Below, in pieces: positions 1 through 14,394 of a stretch of 64,000 nt of DNA; the stretch's first letter is position 1; the number at the start of each line of letters is the position of its first letter. This stretch comes from Eledone cirrhosa. Taxonomy: Eukaryota. The notes below the pieces were generated by a model. It was not told the DNA's origin and searched no databases. It was given only the letters and a program-made list of their open reading frames with translations. The stretch covers positions 342,178,001 to 342,242,000 of the forward strand of contig OZ024740.1 in the NCBI GenBank assembly GCA_964016885.1, written 5' to 3'. A program made the position numbers and the translations under genes.

Positions 1-627
1 CTGCACTTTGTTATACAGCTGTCGTCTTTCATGCGCATCACGTGACCGTACCAACGTAACCTTCTCTCGAGTAAACAACATCTGATCCCTCTTATTTCTA
101 ATTTTTTCCTTAGTTCGTTTATGCTTAGCCGTTCACGTATATTACTATTGCACATCCAGCGGAGCATGCAAGCTTCGTTCCTCTCTAGTCTGCGTATATC
201 CTCTGCACACAATGCCCAGGTCTCACTGCCATGCAGCATTGCTGTTCGTATGCAGGCATCGTATAACCTGCCTTTCATTTTTAGGGAGAACCCTCTAGCG
301 GCTAATAGTGGTATAAGCTCTCTGAACTTTTTCCATCCAGTTCTGACTCTAGCTACTGTACTTTCAGAGCACCCTCCCCCACTGCTGATTTTGTCACCCA
401 GGTAACGGAAGCTGTCCACTATTTCTATAGAACCCTCTGTGCAATTGAAAAAGCTAGTATTTAGTGGGCACTTGCTGCTACTTATTGCACCAGAGCACCG
501 GCCACATGTAAAATCTATGTTCTTAGTTAGCTTACCTGTGATCCCACTACATCTTTTATGCACCCATACTTTGCATTTAGGACATAAACTGGAGTTTCTA
601 CCTACGCCTTTCCTACACACTGAGCAT
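1..627 (-). mobile_element. RTE-clade LINE fragment (RT C-terminal region), runs off window start
   Basis: Near-identical to 19611-20237 of the long RTE copy; minus-strand translation gives [17 protein letters not shown] and LHGSETW; ends abruptly at the (TA)n tract. Confidence 0.9.
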
Positions 628-911
628 GATATATATATATGTATGTATGTATGTATATATATATATGTATGTATGTATGTATATATATATGTATGTATGT
701 ATGTATATATATATGTATGTATATATATATATGTATGTATATATATATATATGTATGTATGTATGTATATATATATATGTATGTATGTATATATGTATGT
801 ATGTATATATATATATGTATGTATGTATATATATATATGTATGTATGTATATATATATATGTATGTATGTATATATATATATGTATGTATGTATATATAT
901 ATATATGTATG
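628..911. repeat. degenerate (TA)n/(TATG)n microsatellite
   Basis: Direct inspection. Confidence 0.95.
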
Positions 912-1518
912 TCAGGTCACCAGTTGGTGCTACTGGTAACATGTATTCCAGTACAACCTGTCCCATGGTCGGGTCGTTGGCGACTAAACTGGCAACCCCA
1001 CCAAGGTTTCTTGGTGAGGAGGGTGACTTTGGACATCCTGCAGGACTAAAAACAAAACCTGTCAAAAGGCAAAGGAGCTCTTAAGAGTCAATGGCCATCC
1101 AAAATCACCGGGAGAGATGACCCCTTAGCCTTTGTCAAGGCAGAATTCTAGGAGAAGGAAAACTCTGATATAACACCTGCAACCCTGATGGTATCCAATG
1201 ATGTTGACTTGTTCTTCTTTTTGGTAAATATCATCTTGGTCAAGAGAGTGGGACTGGCTTTGTGCAGTGCCTTTGCTCACTATAAAAGCTTCACGGCACA
1301 GGCATTGCTTTATATCTGGAGATCTCTCTGCATTTGTCGTCACATGGTACCATGGGCCCAGCACTATGTGTCAATAATTGTCACAATTGTAGTGTTTGTA
1401 CCAGAGCTTTCAAGTCGCTGGCTGGACTAAAAAGTCACACTCGTTCAGCGCATCAGTAGGGGTTCTCCTACATGGATATAAAGTAGTGGCCGTACTCGAA
1501 AACGAGTTGGCAGCCACC
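912..1518 (+). mobile_element. interspersed non-coding repeat, probably retroposon 5' region or non-autonomous element
   Basis: 1108-1518 recurs with few differences at 17648-18060; contains ggagaaggaaaactctga, a motif typical of RTE-type 5' UTRs; flanked by TA microsatellite. Confidence 0.6.
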
Positions 1519-1677
1519 ATATATGTATGTATGTATGTATATATATATATGTATGTATGTATGTATATATATATGTATGTATGTATATATATATGTATGT
1601 ATGTATATATATATATATATGTATGTATATATATATATATATGTATGTATGTATATATATATATATATATATGTATG

Positions 1678-1738
<61 letters not shown>

Positions 1739-1801
1739 ATATATATGTATGTATATATATATGTATGTATGTATATATATATGTATGTATGTATGTATGT
1801 A

Positions 1802-1834
<33 letters not shown>

Positions 1835-2365
1835 ATATATATGTATGTATGTATGTATGTATATATATATGTATGTATGTATGTATGTATATATATATGT
1901 ATGTATATATATAAATATATATGTATGTATATATATAAATATATATGTATGTATATATATAAATATATATGTATGTATATATATATATATGTATGTATAT
2001 ATATATGTATGTATGTATGTATATATATATGTATGTATGTATATGTATGTATATGTATATATATGTATGTATATGTATATATGTATATGTATATATATAT
2101 ATGTATATGTATATATATATGTATATGTATATATATGTATATATATATGTATATGTATATATATGTATATATATATGTATATATGTGTATATATATGTAT
2201 ATGTATATATATATATGTATATATATATGTATATATATATATGTATATATATATGTATATGTATATATATGTATATATATGTATATATATATATATATAT
2301 ATATGTATATGTATATATATGTATATATATGTATATATGTATATGTATATATATGTATATATATG

Positions 2366-2400
<35 letters not shown>

Positions 2401-2486
2401 GTGTATGTATATATGTATATATATATGTATATGTATATATATATATGTATATATATATATGTATATGTATATATATATATGTATAT

Positions 2487-2518
<32 letters not shown>

Positions 2519-2519
2519 G

Positions 2520-2604
<85 letters not shown>

Positions 2605-2670
2605 ATGTATATATATTATATATATATATATATATGTATATGTATATATGTATATGTATATGTATATATA
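1519..2670. repeat. degenerate (TA)n/(TATG)n microsatellite array
   Basis: Direct inspection; source of the spurious Y/I/M/C/V ORFs. Confidence 0.95.
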
Positions 2671-3515
2671 ACTTTGAAATGTTTTGGCCAGTATTGGCCC
2701 AGGCCATGTCTAACTTAATAGCACCACCTGGCGAAGTCTTTCAATTCAGGATTTGGGCACCATGGCCCATTCGAGAAGAGAATTACTGTTTGCGGAGACA
2801 TATCCGGGTGTGGGTGGTTTGTCCGGGATTACTTGGAGGAATTTGTCCAAAGACTTCTTGAATTTTGTGTGGTCAGTTTCTGTTTTGACGTGTCCTGGTG
2901 TGATGTTGAAGAGAGCAGGGCCGATTGAGGTGAAATAATTGTGCCGTATTGTTGTTATGAGTTGCGATTTAGATTTTTGAATGGGACGGATAGCACGGGG
3001 CCCAAGCCTTGGGTGTATCTTGAAGGCGATGCCAACATCATTTGGGCAGTGATGATGGAACATTTTCCACATCATGCAGATAATATAACGCTCACGGCGA
3101 CGTTGGAGTGAGTAAAGTTTCAGGTTTTCCAATCGACCCCAGTAGTCAAGGTCAGACATGCCATCTATCTTTTTCGTGATTGCCCTTTGAGGAGCTTCAA
3201 GTTTCATGATACTTTGTTTCGTGTGGGGAGACCACAGTGGACAACTGTATTCAAGGTGTGGTCGGGCGAAAGTAGAGAAGAGAAGGATAATGGTGCGGGA
3301 ATCTCTCGACTGGAAGGTTCTGAGGATCCAGGAACACATTCTGCGGGCCATGTCAACTTTGCTGCTTATATGCGTGGTCCAGCTTATGTTGCTGTCCACG
3401 GTTACTCCCAAGTCTCTGATGTTGTTAGATGCCACGAGAGTTTCCCCGGAGGGAAGAGAATACGGGAGTTTCAGAGCATCCTCTTTTCCAAAGTGGATCA
3501 GTTCGAATTTGTCTC
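2671..3515 (-). mobile_element. 5'-truncated CR1-group LINE, 3' end (RT C-terminus and 3' UTR)
   Basis: ORF 2746-3435(-): [37 protein letters not shown]; the same 3' UTR occurs at 52865-52928(+). Confidence 0.85.
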
Positions 3516-3711
3516 TTATATCTCTTATATATGTATATATATGTATATATATATGTATATATATGTATATGTATATATATGTATATATATGTATATATAT
3601 ATGTATATATATTTATATATATGTATATATATATGTATGTATATATATATATGTATGTATATATATATATATGTATGTATATATATATATGTATGTATAT
3701 ATATGTATATA

Positions 3712-5010
3712 CAGGGTGTTCGGTATAAATTTGACAGAATAATATTTGGTTGTTTTTTCAGATGTTTTAAATTCATTCATGCCCACTAGGCTTTATTTGA
3801 AAGTTTAAACCCTCCTTCATTCATATATGTGATGACAACGAGAATGGATGACTGGGAGCCACCTGAATCATGGAAGAGAATAACTTGTATCATGATGATT
3901 CGCGCCGGCCATCAAAATAAGGAGATTAAGGTCGCTGCTCAATGTTCCCTGAACACTGTAAAAACAATCCGGCATGAACTGGAGAATTGCAATGGAGACT
4001 ACGAGGCTGTGGCTAGAAGAAAGAAACATAACAGAAGATGTGATTGCTCTCGCCCAGCAGAATTCATCGAAAATCTACAGAAAAAAGTGTTGGAGGATCC
4101 TGGCATCAGAATTCGGTCTTTGTCACGTGAATTGAATGTTTCAGCCTCTACTATGAAAATTGCACTCAATGAAGACCTTCGCTACTACTCATACAAGCGT
4201 CGCAGAGGTCAACTTCTCACAGAAAAGGCCTGCGAAAATCGTCTGACAAAGGCGAAGAAACTTCTGAGCAAAGTGAAATATCCTGCTGAAGCACAAACAA
4301 TCTGGTTCTTTTCCGATGAGAAAAACTTTTGTCAAGATCAAAAACACAACACGCAGAATAACAGATGACTTGCATACAGTCCAAAGGACACTCCTCGAGT
4401 CATGCAGACTAAATTTTCCCAAACTGTCATGGTTTTTGGATGTGAGTCCTCCGAGGGTGATGTGGTGCCTCCACATTTTTTCAAACAGGGTCTCAGGTTG
4501 AATTCAGATGCCTACGTGGAATTGCTAACCACTGTAGTTAAGCCCTGGATAACAAGGGTAGCCAATAATAGGCCGTATGTATGGCAGCAGGATTCGGCCC
4601 CCTGCCACACCTCGGGGAAAAGTCAAAAATGGTTGTCAGCCAATTTTTACGACTACACCAGTCCCAATGTTTGGCCTCCGAACTCCCCTGATCTTAACCC
4701 GATGGACTATTATGTATGGGGCGCTGTAGGGAAAGACACCAATCGCCGTGCCAGTACTACAAAAGCCCAGTTAATCGACAGAATTAAAGTAGTTTTTGAG
4801 GGCCTTCCCAGGGAAAGTGTAAAATCAGCTTGTTCCGGGCCCGGATTGAGGCTGTAATAGACGCTAATGGCGGTTATTTTGAGTAAAACTCTTTGACAAT
4901 AGTGTAATTTCCTTGTCCATTGAATTTCTTTTAAATCAAATAAATTTTGTAGATACCAAGCACTTTTTCTTTTTCCTTATGAAACTGTCAAATTTATCCC
5001 GAACACCCTG
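3712..5010 (+). mobile_element. Tc1/mariner DNA transposon, DD37D (maT) family, full length but inactivated
   Basis: 26-bp TIRs cagggtgttcgg(t/g)ataaatttgacag at 3712-3737 and 4985-5010 (1 mismatch), TA on both sides; transposase motifs FSDEK, QQDSAPCH, SPDLNPMD with 37 residues between D2 and D3. Confidence 0.93.
3844..4886 (+). pseudogene. DD37D transposase with an in-frame TGA (4366-4368) and a C-terminal frameshift
   Basis: ORFs 3829-4368 and 4402-4857 share a frame; the stop replaces an expected Trp (NNRW); terminal [12 protein letters not shown] lies in another frame. Confidence 0.88.
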
Positions 5011-5019
5011 TATATGTAT

Positions 5020-5083
<64 letters not shown>

Positions 5084-5624
5084 GTATGTATGTATGTATA
5101 TATATATGTATATATATGTATGTGTATGTATGTATGTATATATATATGTATATATATGTATGTGTATGTATGTATGTATATATATATGTATATATATGTA
5201 TGTGTATGTATGTATGTATATATATATGTATATATATGTATGTGTATGTATGTATGTATATATATATGTATATATATGTATGTGTATGTATGTATGTATA
5301 TATATATGTATATATATGTATGTGTATGTATGTATGTATATATATATGTATGTATGTGTATGTATGTATGTATATATATATGTATGTGTATGTATGTATA
5401 TATATATGTATATATATGTATGTGTATGTATATATATATGTATGTATATATGTATATATATGTATGTGTATGTATATATATATGTATGTATATATGTATA
5501 TATATGTATGTGTATGTATATATATATATATGTATGTATATATATATATGTATATGTATGTATATATATATATATATATGTATATGTGTATATATGTATA
5601 TATATATATATATATATATGTGTA

Positions 5625-5658
<34 letters not shown>

Positions 5659-5730
5659 TATATATGTATATATATGTATGTATATATATATATATGTATG
5701 TATATATATATATATGTATGTATATATGTA
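5011..5730. repeat. degenerate (TA)n/(TATG)n microsatellite with local higher-order periodicity
   Basis: Direct inspection. Confidence 0.95.
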
Positions 5731-5861
5731 GATAAATCTACCAAGAGTTTACGGTAGTGTCCAATCCGTATGAAGAACTCAATGTATTCCGGATATCATG
5801 GAAAGAAGAAATGTAATGAAAAATCACTTTCGGTGAAAGATAAACGGTATACAGAGTCAAG

Positions 5862-6255
5862 ATAAAATATTAAACAAATAATGAATAAACAATTCCTTAT
5901 ATTAAACAAAAAAAAGTTCATTATTTAACGATCGTTTCTAGGATATATATGTGTTAGAGTTGGCATGCATATTCAACAGATCTATGTACAAAATTATACA
6001 AAATTATACAAACTATCAAGATTAAATATACATACCAACACATATATACGCCGTCTTCTGAAGACGGCGTATATATGTGTTGGTATGTATATTTAATCTT
6101 GATAGTTTGTATAATTTTGTATAATTTTGTACATAGATCTGTTGAATATGCATGCCAACTCTAACACATATATATCCTAGAAACGATCGTTAAATAATGA
6201 ACTTTTTTTGTTTAATATAAGGAATTGTTTATTCATTATTTGTTTAATATTTTAT
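5862..6255. repeat. near-perfect ~394-bp palindrome (197/196-bp arms, 1-nt spacer at 6059)
   Basis: Arms are reverse complements around ccgtcttc-t-gaagacgg; the only difference seen is A8 versus T7. Confidence 0.95.
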
Positions 6256-6277
6256 GTATGTATATATATATGTATGT

Positions 6278-6327
<50 letters not shown>

Positions 6328-6512
6328 GTATATATATATATGTATATATATGTATATATGTATATATATGTATATATATATATGTATATATATGTATATA
6401 TGTATATATATGTATATATATGTATATATGTATATATATATGTATATATATATATGTATATGTATGTATATATATATATATATATGTATATGTGTATATA
6501 TGTATATATGAA

Positions 6513-6628
6513 GGCGTGTGGCTGAGTGGTTAGAGTATTGGATTCACAATCGTGAGGTTGTGAGTTCGATTCCTGAACCAGGCGATGCGTTATGTCCTTG
6601 AGCAAGACACTTTATTTCACGTTGCTCC
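6513..6628 (+). mobile_element. tRNA-derived SINE (family A), 3'-truncated
   Basis: A box tggctgagtgg, B box gttcgattcc, followed by the gtccttgagcaagacactttatttcac core shared with other copies. Confidence 0.8.
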
Positions 6629-6728
6629 TTCTACCTGGAGTTGCGACCGATAGATAGTATTAGCAATTGGAAAGACCAACGGAAACATGGTTTCCTCGGT
6701 CCGATTTGACGAAAGTCGATCGACTAGA

Positions 6729-8508
<1,780 letters not shown>

Positions 8509-8559
8509 TCCGGTTGCAACATTTTTTGAAATATCCAGTTCTGCGTTTACAGATTGACT

Positions 8560-8722
8560 TTGTTAGTTTCAGAAGATCCCGTTAAGGGTGAAAGCAGCGA
8601 TTCTTTGCTTAAACTTTAATTTGTTATTTTAATAAATATTTGCTCTACGGTTCTTATATATTTGATATATATTTTCCTTATCGAGCCCTCTTTGGATTTT
8701 AGTCTTCAATTTTATTATTATT
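8560..8722. mobile_element. Penelope-like terminal-repeat fragments (two pieces in opposite orientation)
   Basis: 8570-8650 is the reverse complement of ~55545-55625; 8676-8715 is the reverse complement of 55110-55150 and 55250-55290; degenerate CUGANGA..GAAA motifs. Confidence 0.5.
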
Positions 8723-8725
8723 ACT

Positions 8726-8774
8726 ATATATATATGTATATATATATATGTATGTATATATATGTATATATATG

Positions 8775-8807
<33 letters not shown>

Positions 8808-8989
8808 GTATATATATATGTATGTATGTGTATATGTATATATATATATATATATGTATATATATGTATATATATGTATGTATGTATATATGTATATATA
8901 TATGTATATATATGTATATATATGTATATATATGTATATATGTATATATATGTATATATGTATGTGTATATATATATGTATATGTATAT

Positions 8990-9035
<46 letters not shown>

Positions 9036-9036
9036 G

Positions 9037-9081
<45 letters not shown>

Positions 9082-9082
9082 G

Positions 9083-9127
<45 letters not shown>

Positions 9128-9128
9128 G

Positions 9129-9173
<45 letters not shown>

Positions 9174-9174
9174 G

Positions 9175-9219
<45 letters not shown>

Positions 9220-9828
9220 GTATATATGTATATATATGTATATATGTATATATATATATATATGTATATATATGTATATATGTATATATATGTATATATG
9301 TATATGTATATATATGTATATATGTATATGTATATATATGTATATATGTATATGTATATATATGTATATATGTATATATATATATGTATATATGTAATAT
9401 GTATATATATGTATATATGTATATGTATATATATGTGTATATGTATATATATGTATATATGTATATGTATATATATGTATATATGTATATGTATGTATAT
9501 GTATATATATGTATATATGTATATGTATATATATGTATATATGTATATGTATATATATGTATATATATATGTATATATGTATATGTATATATATGTATAT
9601 ATGTATATGTATATATGTATATGTATATATATGTATATGTATATGTATATATGTATATGTATGTATATGTATGTATATATATGTATATGTATGTATATGT
9701 ATGTATGTATATGTATATGTATATATATGTATATATATATATATGTATATATATGTATATATATATATATGTATATGTATATATATATATATGTATATGT
9801 ATATATATATATATGTATATGTATATAT

Positions 9829-9860
<32 letters not shown>

Positions 9861-9965
9861 GTATATGTATATATATATATGTATGTATATGTATATATAT
9901 ATATATGTATGTATATGTATATATATATATATGTATGTATATGTATATATATATATATGTATATG

Positions 9966-9996
<31 letters not shown>

Positions 9997-10021
9997 GTAT
10001 ATATATATATGTATATGTATA

Positions 10022-10090
<69 letters not shown>

Positions 10091-10159
10091 ATATATGTGT
10101 TTATAGATATATGTATTTATAGATATATGTATATATATATGTATATGTATGTATATGTA
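8726..10159. repeat. ~1.4 kb degenerate (TA)n/(TATATG)n array
   Basis: Direct inspection. Confidence 0.95.
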
Positions 10160-11577
10160 TCATCATCATCGTCATCATCATTGTGATTTTACGTCCGCTT
10201 TTCCCTGCTTGCAAGGGTGGGACGGATCTTATTCAGCACAGCATCTCTCCACCGTGAGCTTCAATGATCTGAGGTCTGTTCTCACCACCTCTGCCCATAT
10301 TTTTTGTGGTCTACCTCTACCACGTCTTCCTTCAACTGGCATTTCCTGGCACTTCTTCACCCACCGGTCATCCTCCATGCGCATCACATGTCCATACCAC
10401 CTCAGTCTCCTCTCCCGTACACTACATTCTATCCCTCTCAGACACAGTTTCTCTCTCAACACATTTATGCTGGGTCGTTCACGCATATTTACACTGCACA
10501 TCCAACGGAGCATGCTTGCCTCATTTCTCTCCAGCCGTCGCATATCCTCTGCAGTTGCTGCCCATGTCTCACTACCATGCAGCATCGCGCTTCTCACACA
10601 GGCATCGTGCAACCGGCCTTTCGTACGCAGGGAGAAACCCTTCTTCGTCAACAGAGGAAGCAGCTCCCTAAACTGCTTCCAACCCGTCCTTATTCTAGAT
10701 ACTATGGCCTCGGAACACCCTCCTCCCATGCTAATCTGATCTCCTAGGTACCGGAAGCTATCCACCACTTCTATAGCGCCCTCCTGCATTTGAAAAATGT
10801 GTCTATCAATGCGACTTCTACTGTCTAATTTCCCTGTACATCTACTGCATACATATTTCTCCCTACCTGTTGGTTTGCCTGCTATCCCGCTACATCTCTT
10901 GTGTACCCAGGATCTGCATTGTGTGCATTTTATAGAATTTATGCCAGTTCCTTTTCTGCATATCGAACATGGCCATTTCCCTGACGGAATCAGGGTTTTG
11001 TCCTCTTTTCTACTCATCAACACTTTTGTCTTAGCTAGGTTTACTCTCAGTCCTCTTGCTTCCAACTGCTGTTTCCATAGCCAGAATTTATTCTCTAGCT
11101 GATTCTGCTATAAGAACCAGATCGTCAGCATAGAGAAGTTCCCATGGACAGCCAGTCTTAAACTCCTCTGTTATGGCTTGGAGGACTATAATGAACAAGA
11201 GTAGGCTGAGGACCGAACCCTGATGTACACCTACTTGTATCTGGAATTCCTCACTAAACTCCATACCTACTCTCACTTTACTGACAGCACCCCTGTACAT
11301 AGCTTGCACTGCCCTCACAAGCCATTCCTCCACACCTAGTTTCCTTAGGGACCACCAGATGACAGATCGGGGTACCCTGTCAAAAGCCTTCTCTAGGTCA
11401 ACAAAAGCTAAGTATAGTGGCTTATTCTTCTCTAAGAAGCTCTCTTGTAATTGCCTCACTATGAAGAGGGCATCTGTTGTACTTTTCCGAGGCACAAAAC
11501 CAAACTGCATCTCATCTAAATTGACCCTTTCTCTAATCAGTTGCGCTAATATTCTCTCTGACATTTCCATAACCTGA
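10160..11577 (-). mobile_element. 5'-truncated RTE LINE (second subfamily) with (GAT)n tail
   Basis: ORFs 11088-11609 (QFGF, AFVDLEKAFDRV, GVHQGSVLS, LYADD) and 10229-11065; tail reads catcatcat on the + strand. Confidence 0.9.
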
Positions 11578-12990
11578 ACTATTTTGATCTCGTATATGGC
11601 CTCAGCCATCCAACTAGCCTGTGGGTAAGCTCCTGGGACTGAGGAGAACTGGGGAGATGGTCAACCACAAAGATAGAGAAGGGAGAGATTTATGAATTCG
11701 GCATAGTCTTCTGAGGAATGCTCTCTAGAAAGTAGTACAGTCAGTAGATATTCAACCATCTCCTCCCTCTTTTGTTTTGATGGAAAAACAAAGTCAAAGA
11801 TGACTGACAAACCAATTGGAAAGGTGATTTTGAGGAAAATTTTGACATTGCAAGCCAGAACGTTCTCAAACAAAAATGTTTTATCTGAAGACAAAGATTT
11901 CCTTGAGACACAGCAGGAAGATCAGATGTCTTCATTCCTCGCTGGTGTTGATGCAGAATATGTGAGAGCCATTCAGAAGAAGATTCACGATATGAAAGTA
12001 AGAAAGAGAAAGCAGGACGTAGTCAAGGAGTAGCTCTTGAAAGTTTGTCATCCAGCTCAGCTATTAATGATGATGATGATGAAATCTTCAAGTCAGCACT
12101 CATGTTGCCATGTGGGAACAGGAGAAACTATCGGTATGACAAGCAAGTACTTCTTACATCACGTCTTATTCAGGATGTGTCTGAACTCTCGGTTTTCCCT
12201 TTAACTGTTTATCTTTATTTCACCATGAGAAGATAGCTCAGGAAATCGAGTTATCTGTTTTCCCACATGAAGACAGATCCTGGCTAGTCCTCCACTGTAA
12301 TGGAGAATTATAACCATTGGCTTCCTAATCCAGCACACTCAAAGATTGGATTGCAGTTTTAATTACAGGAGAAAAAAAGGAGCTCTTAGGTATTCCGATT
12401 GCAAGAGATGGAACCAGACAACAATTTGCTGAAGTTGTTTTGAAGGAAATTCAATGACTCAAAATTAAGAATAGAACCGGCATGCGCCAAGGAGCTAAAA
12501 TGAAAATTGAAGCAGCTCTGAAAAAAACCCTTTTGTGGCTGACTTGCCACCATCATATTCTTGAACTGGTTTTTAAGAAAGTCTTCAAGATTTTTTTCCC
12601 CTTCATCTGGTCTGGTATCCTAGGGTTTAAAAAGTTCCAGGAATGCTGATACTCCATTGATAAGTCTCATTATCAAACTATCCTGAATGATGATGAGCCC
12701 ATGGAAGATTTTTACAAGCAAAAGAGGGAGGAGATGATTGAATATCTACTGACTGTACTACTTTCTAGAGAGCATTCCTCAGAAGACTATGCCGAATTCA
12801 TAAATCTCTCCCTTCTCTATCTTTGTGGGTGACCATCTCCCCAGTTCACCTTCTCACTCCCAGGAGCTTACCCACAGGCTAGTTGGATGGCTGAGGCTAT
12901 ATACGAGATCGAAATAGTTCTGTTAAAAAAACAACTTAAGCTTACACTGCAGGAGTCGAGAGATATAGAAAAATTTGTTCTTGGTTATAA
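11578..12990 (+). mobile_element. decayed DNA-transposon transposase fragments (hAT-like)
   Basis: Remnant motifs LLWLTCHHHILELVFKKVF (~12530-12590) and PGAYPQASWMAEAIYEIEI (~12860-12920), resembling CRHHxxE and HxARWMxKAIY transposase motifs; many stops; partial inverted duplicate at 11578-11775. Confidence 0.55.
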
Positions 12991-14394
12991 ATTTCATTCA
13001 TATAAAGTTTCTCTTTTTAACCTCAAAATTATTGTGTATTTAGAACATTGCTCCTGCTTATTTTCATTTCATTTTCTTCTGTTGTATGGTTTCCTCATTG
13101 GATTCAGTAAAGTGAACAGAAGGACAATATACCACAGGCCAGGTTTAAAAAATAGTCATAAATAAAAAGATGTGAAAGTGTGCAAGCCCTAAATATTATT
13201 TGATTGACCTATAATTCAGCATACTTCATTATTTCACAGGCATAACCGACACAAGATGACTGGCGAATACTTTGCAAAATGGAACACCCTTCTGTACTTA
13301 TATTTTGCACCAGTCCCCACCATGACATTAAATGAAACCAAAATTGTTTTAGAGAGAAAATTTATATAAAAGAAAACATAAATTTTATATTTTATTAACA
13401 CACCTTATCTCATGGAACTCCAGAATTTTTTTTGCACAACCTTGAGTTTCCCTAGGAACCTACCTTAGGAAACATTGCACTCAACTGTAGATTGAGGGGT
13501 GTTATATTTGACTAGATATATGTAGTTAGATGTTGCAATTGCTCTCTCAGATCAGTGATTATTTTAACATGCAGCTAACCACTGCTTGTGTAGTTCTAAA
13601 TTTAATTTTATGCTGTAAATTTGCATTTAAATTCAATTATTACATGCACTTGCATGGTAAATGATGGTTAAAAGACTTAAAACAGTCATAAAAGTTAAAA
13701 CATACCCATTACAAATACCTCACATACTCAGAATATCAAACACTAGGTCATATTACTTTCCTCAATGAACTATACTCTTCCTCTACAATGATTTGTGAAG
13801 TTCTAAAATTTACTTAAAACAAACCTGATTCCTGATCTAATAGATGTAGGCTGAGATGTGTTGTTATGTAATTATTACTATCTTTACTGTGTATTTACAA
13901 AACTATGAGTCATGTTCCACTTAATAAATCTCTTATTTATTTTATTTTGTTTTTATCATTATCTTTTATTGTCATCTGGACCACTCTCTACCACTTGGAG
14001 AGGATAACATTTTATTCAACTCTGAACTGATTTTATCTTTTCAACAAATTACAGCATTTACTTGCTGTTAAATTAGCTTATTGTATCAGGTGCCCATGTG
14101 TGTAGTAAACATGTGTATTCTGTTGTCAAGATGTGTTGTATATCAAAGCAGGCAATGACAGACCATTTTTATTTTTATATCTGTTTTTCTATGCTGGCAT
14201 GAATTGGAGGAGTCTTTTTGGAGGCAGATATCAACCTTCACTTGTTATTTTAGTCTGTTTAGCAGCCAGACCTCTGTTTACATGTAATTGTAAAAAATAT
14301 CACCTGTGTTAAAGAAAATATTAAAACAGACACACGCACATAGATACATACATCCACTTATATATATCATCAACGTTTTTACATCCAGTGCTAG

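Noticed and set aside
4366-4368. TGA at Trp positions here and at 19826-19828 as recoding or an alternative genetic code
   Set aside because: Other RTE copies and the host gene use TGG for Trp, and TGA terminates RNF31; simple G>A decay explains it
6513-6590. tRNA gene
   Set aside because: A/B boxes run into a SINE core; multiple diverged copies; no clean cloverleaf
13240-13370. Possible exon after atttcacag
   Set aside because: No convincing donor or similarity to HOIP domains; adjacent to transposon-like ends
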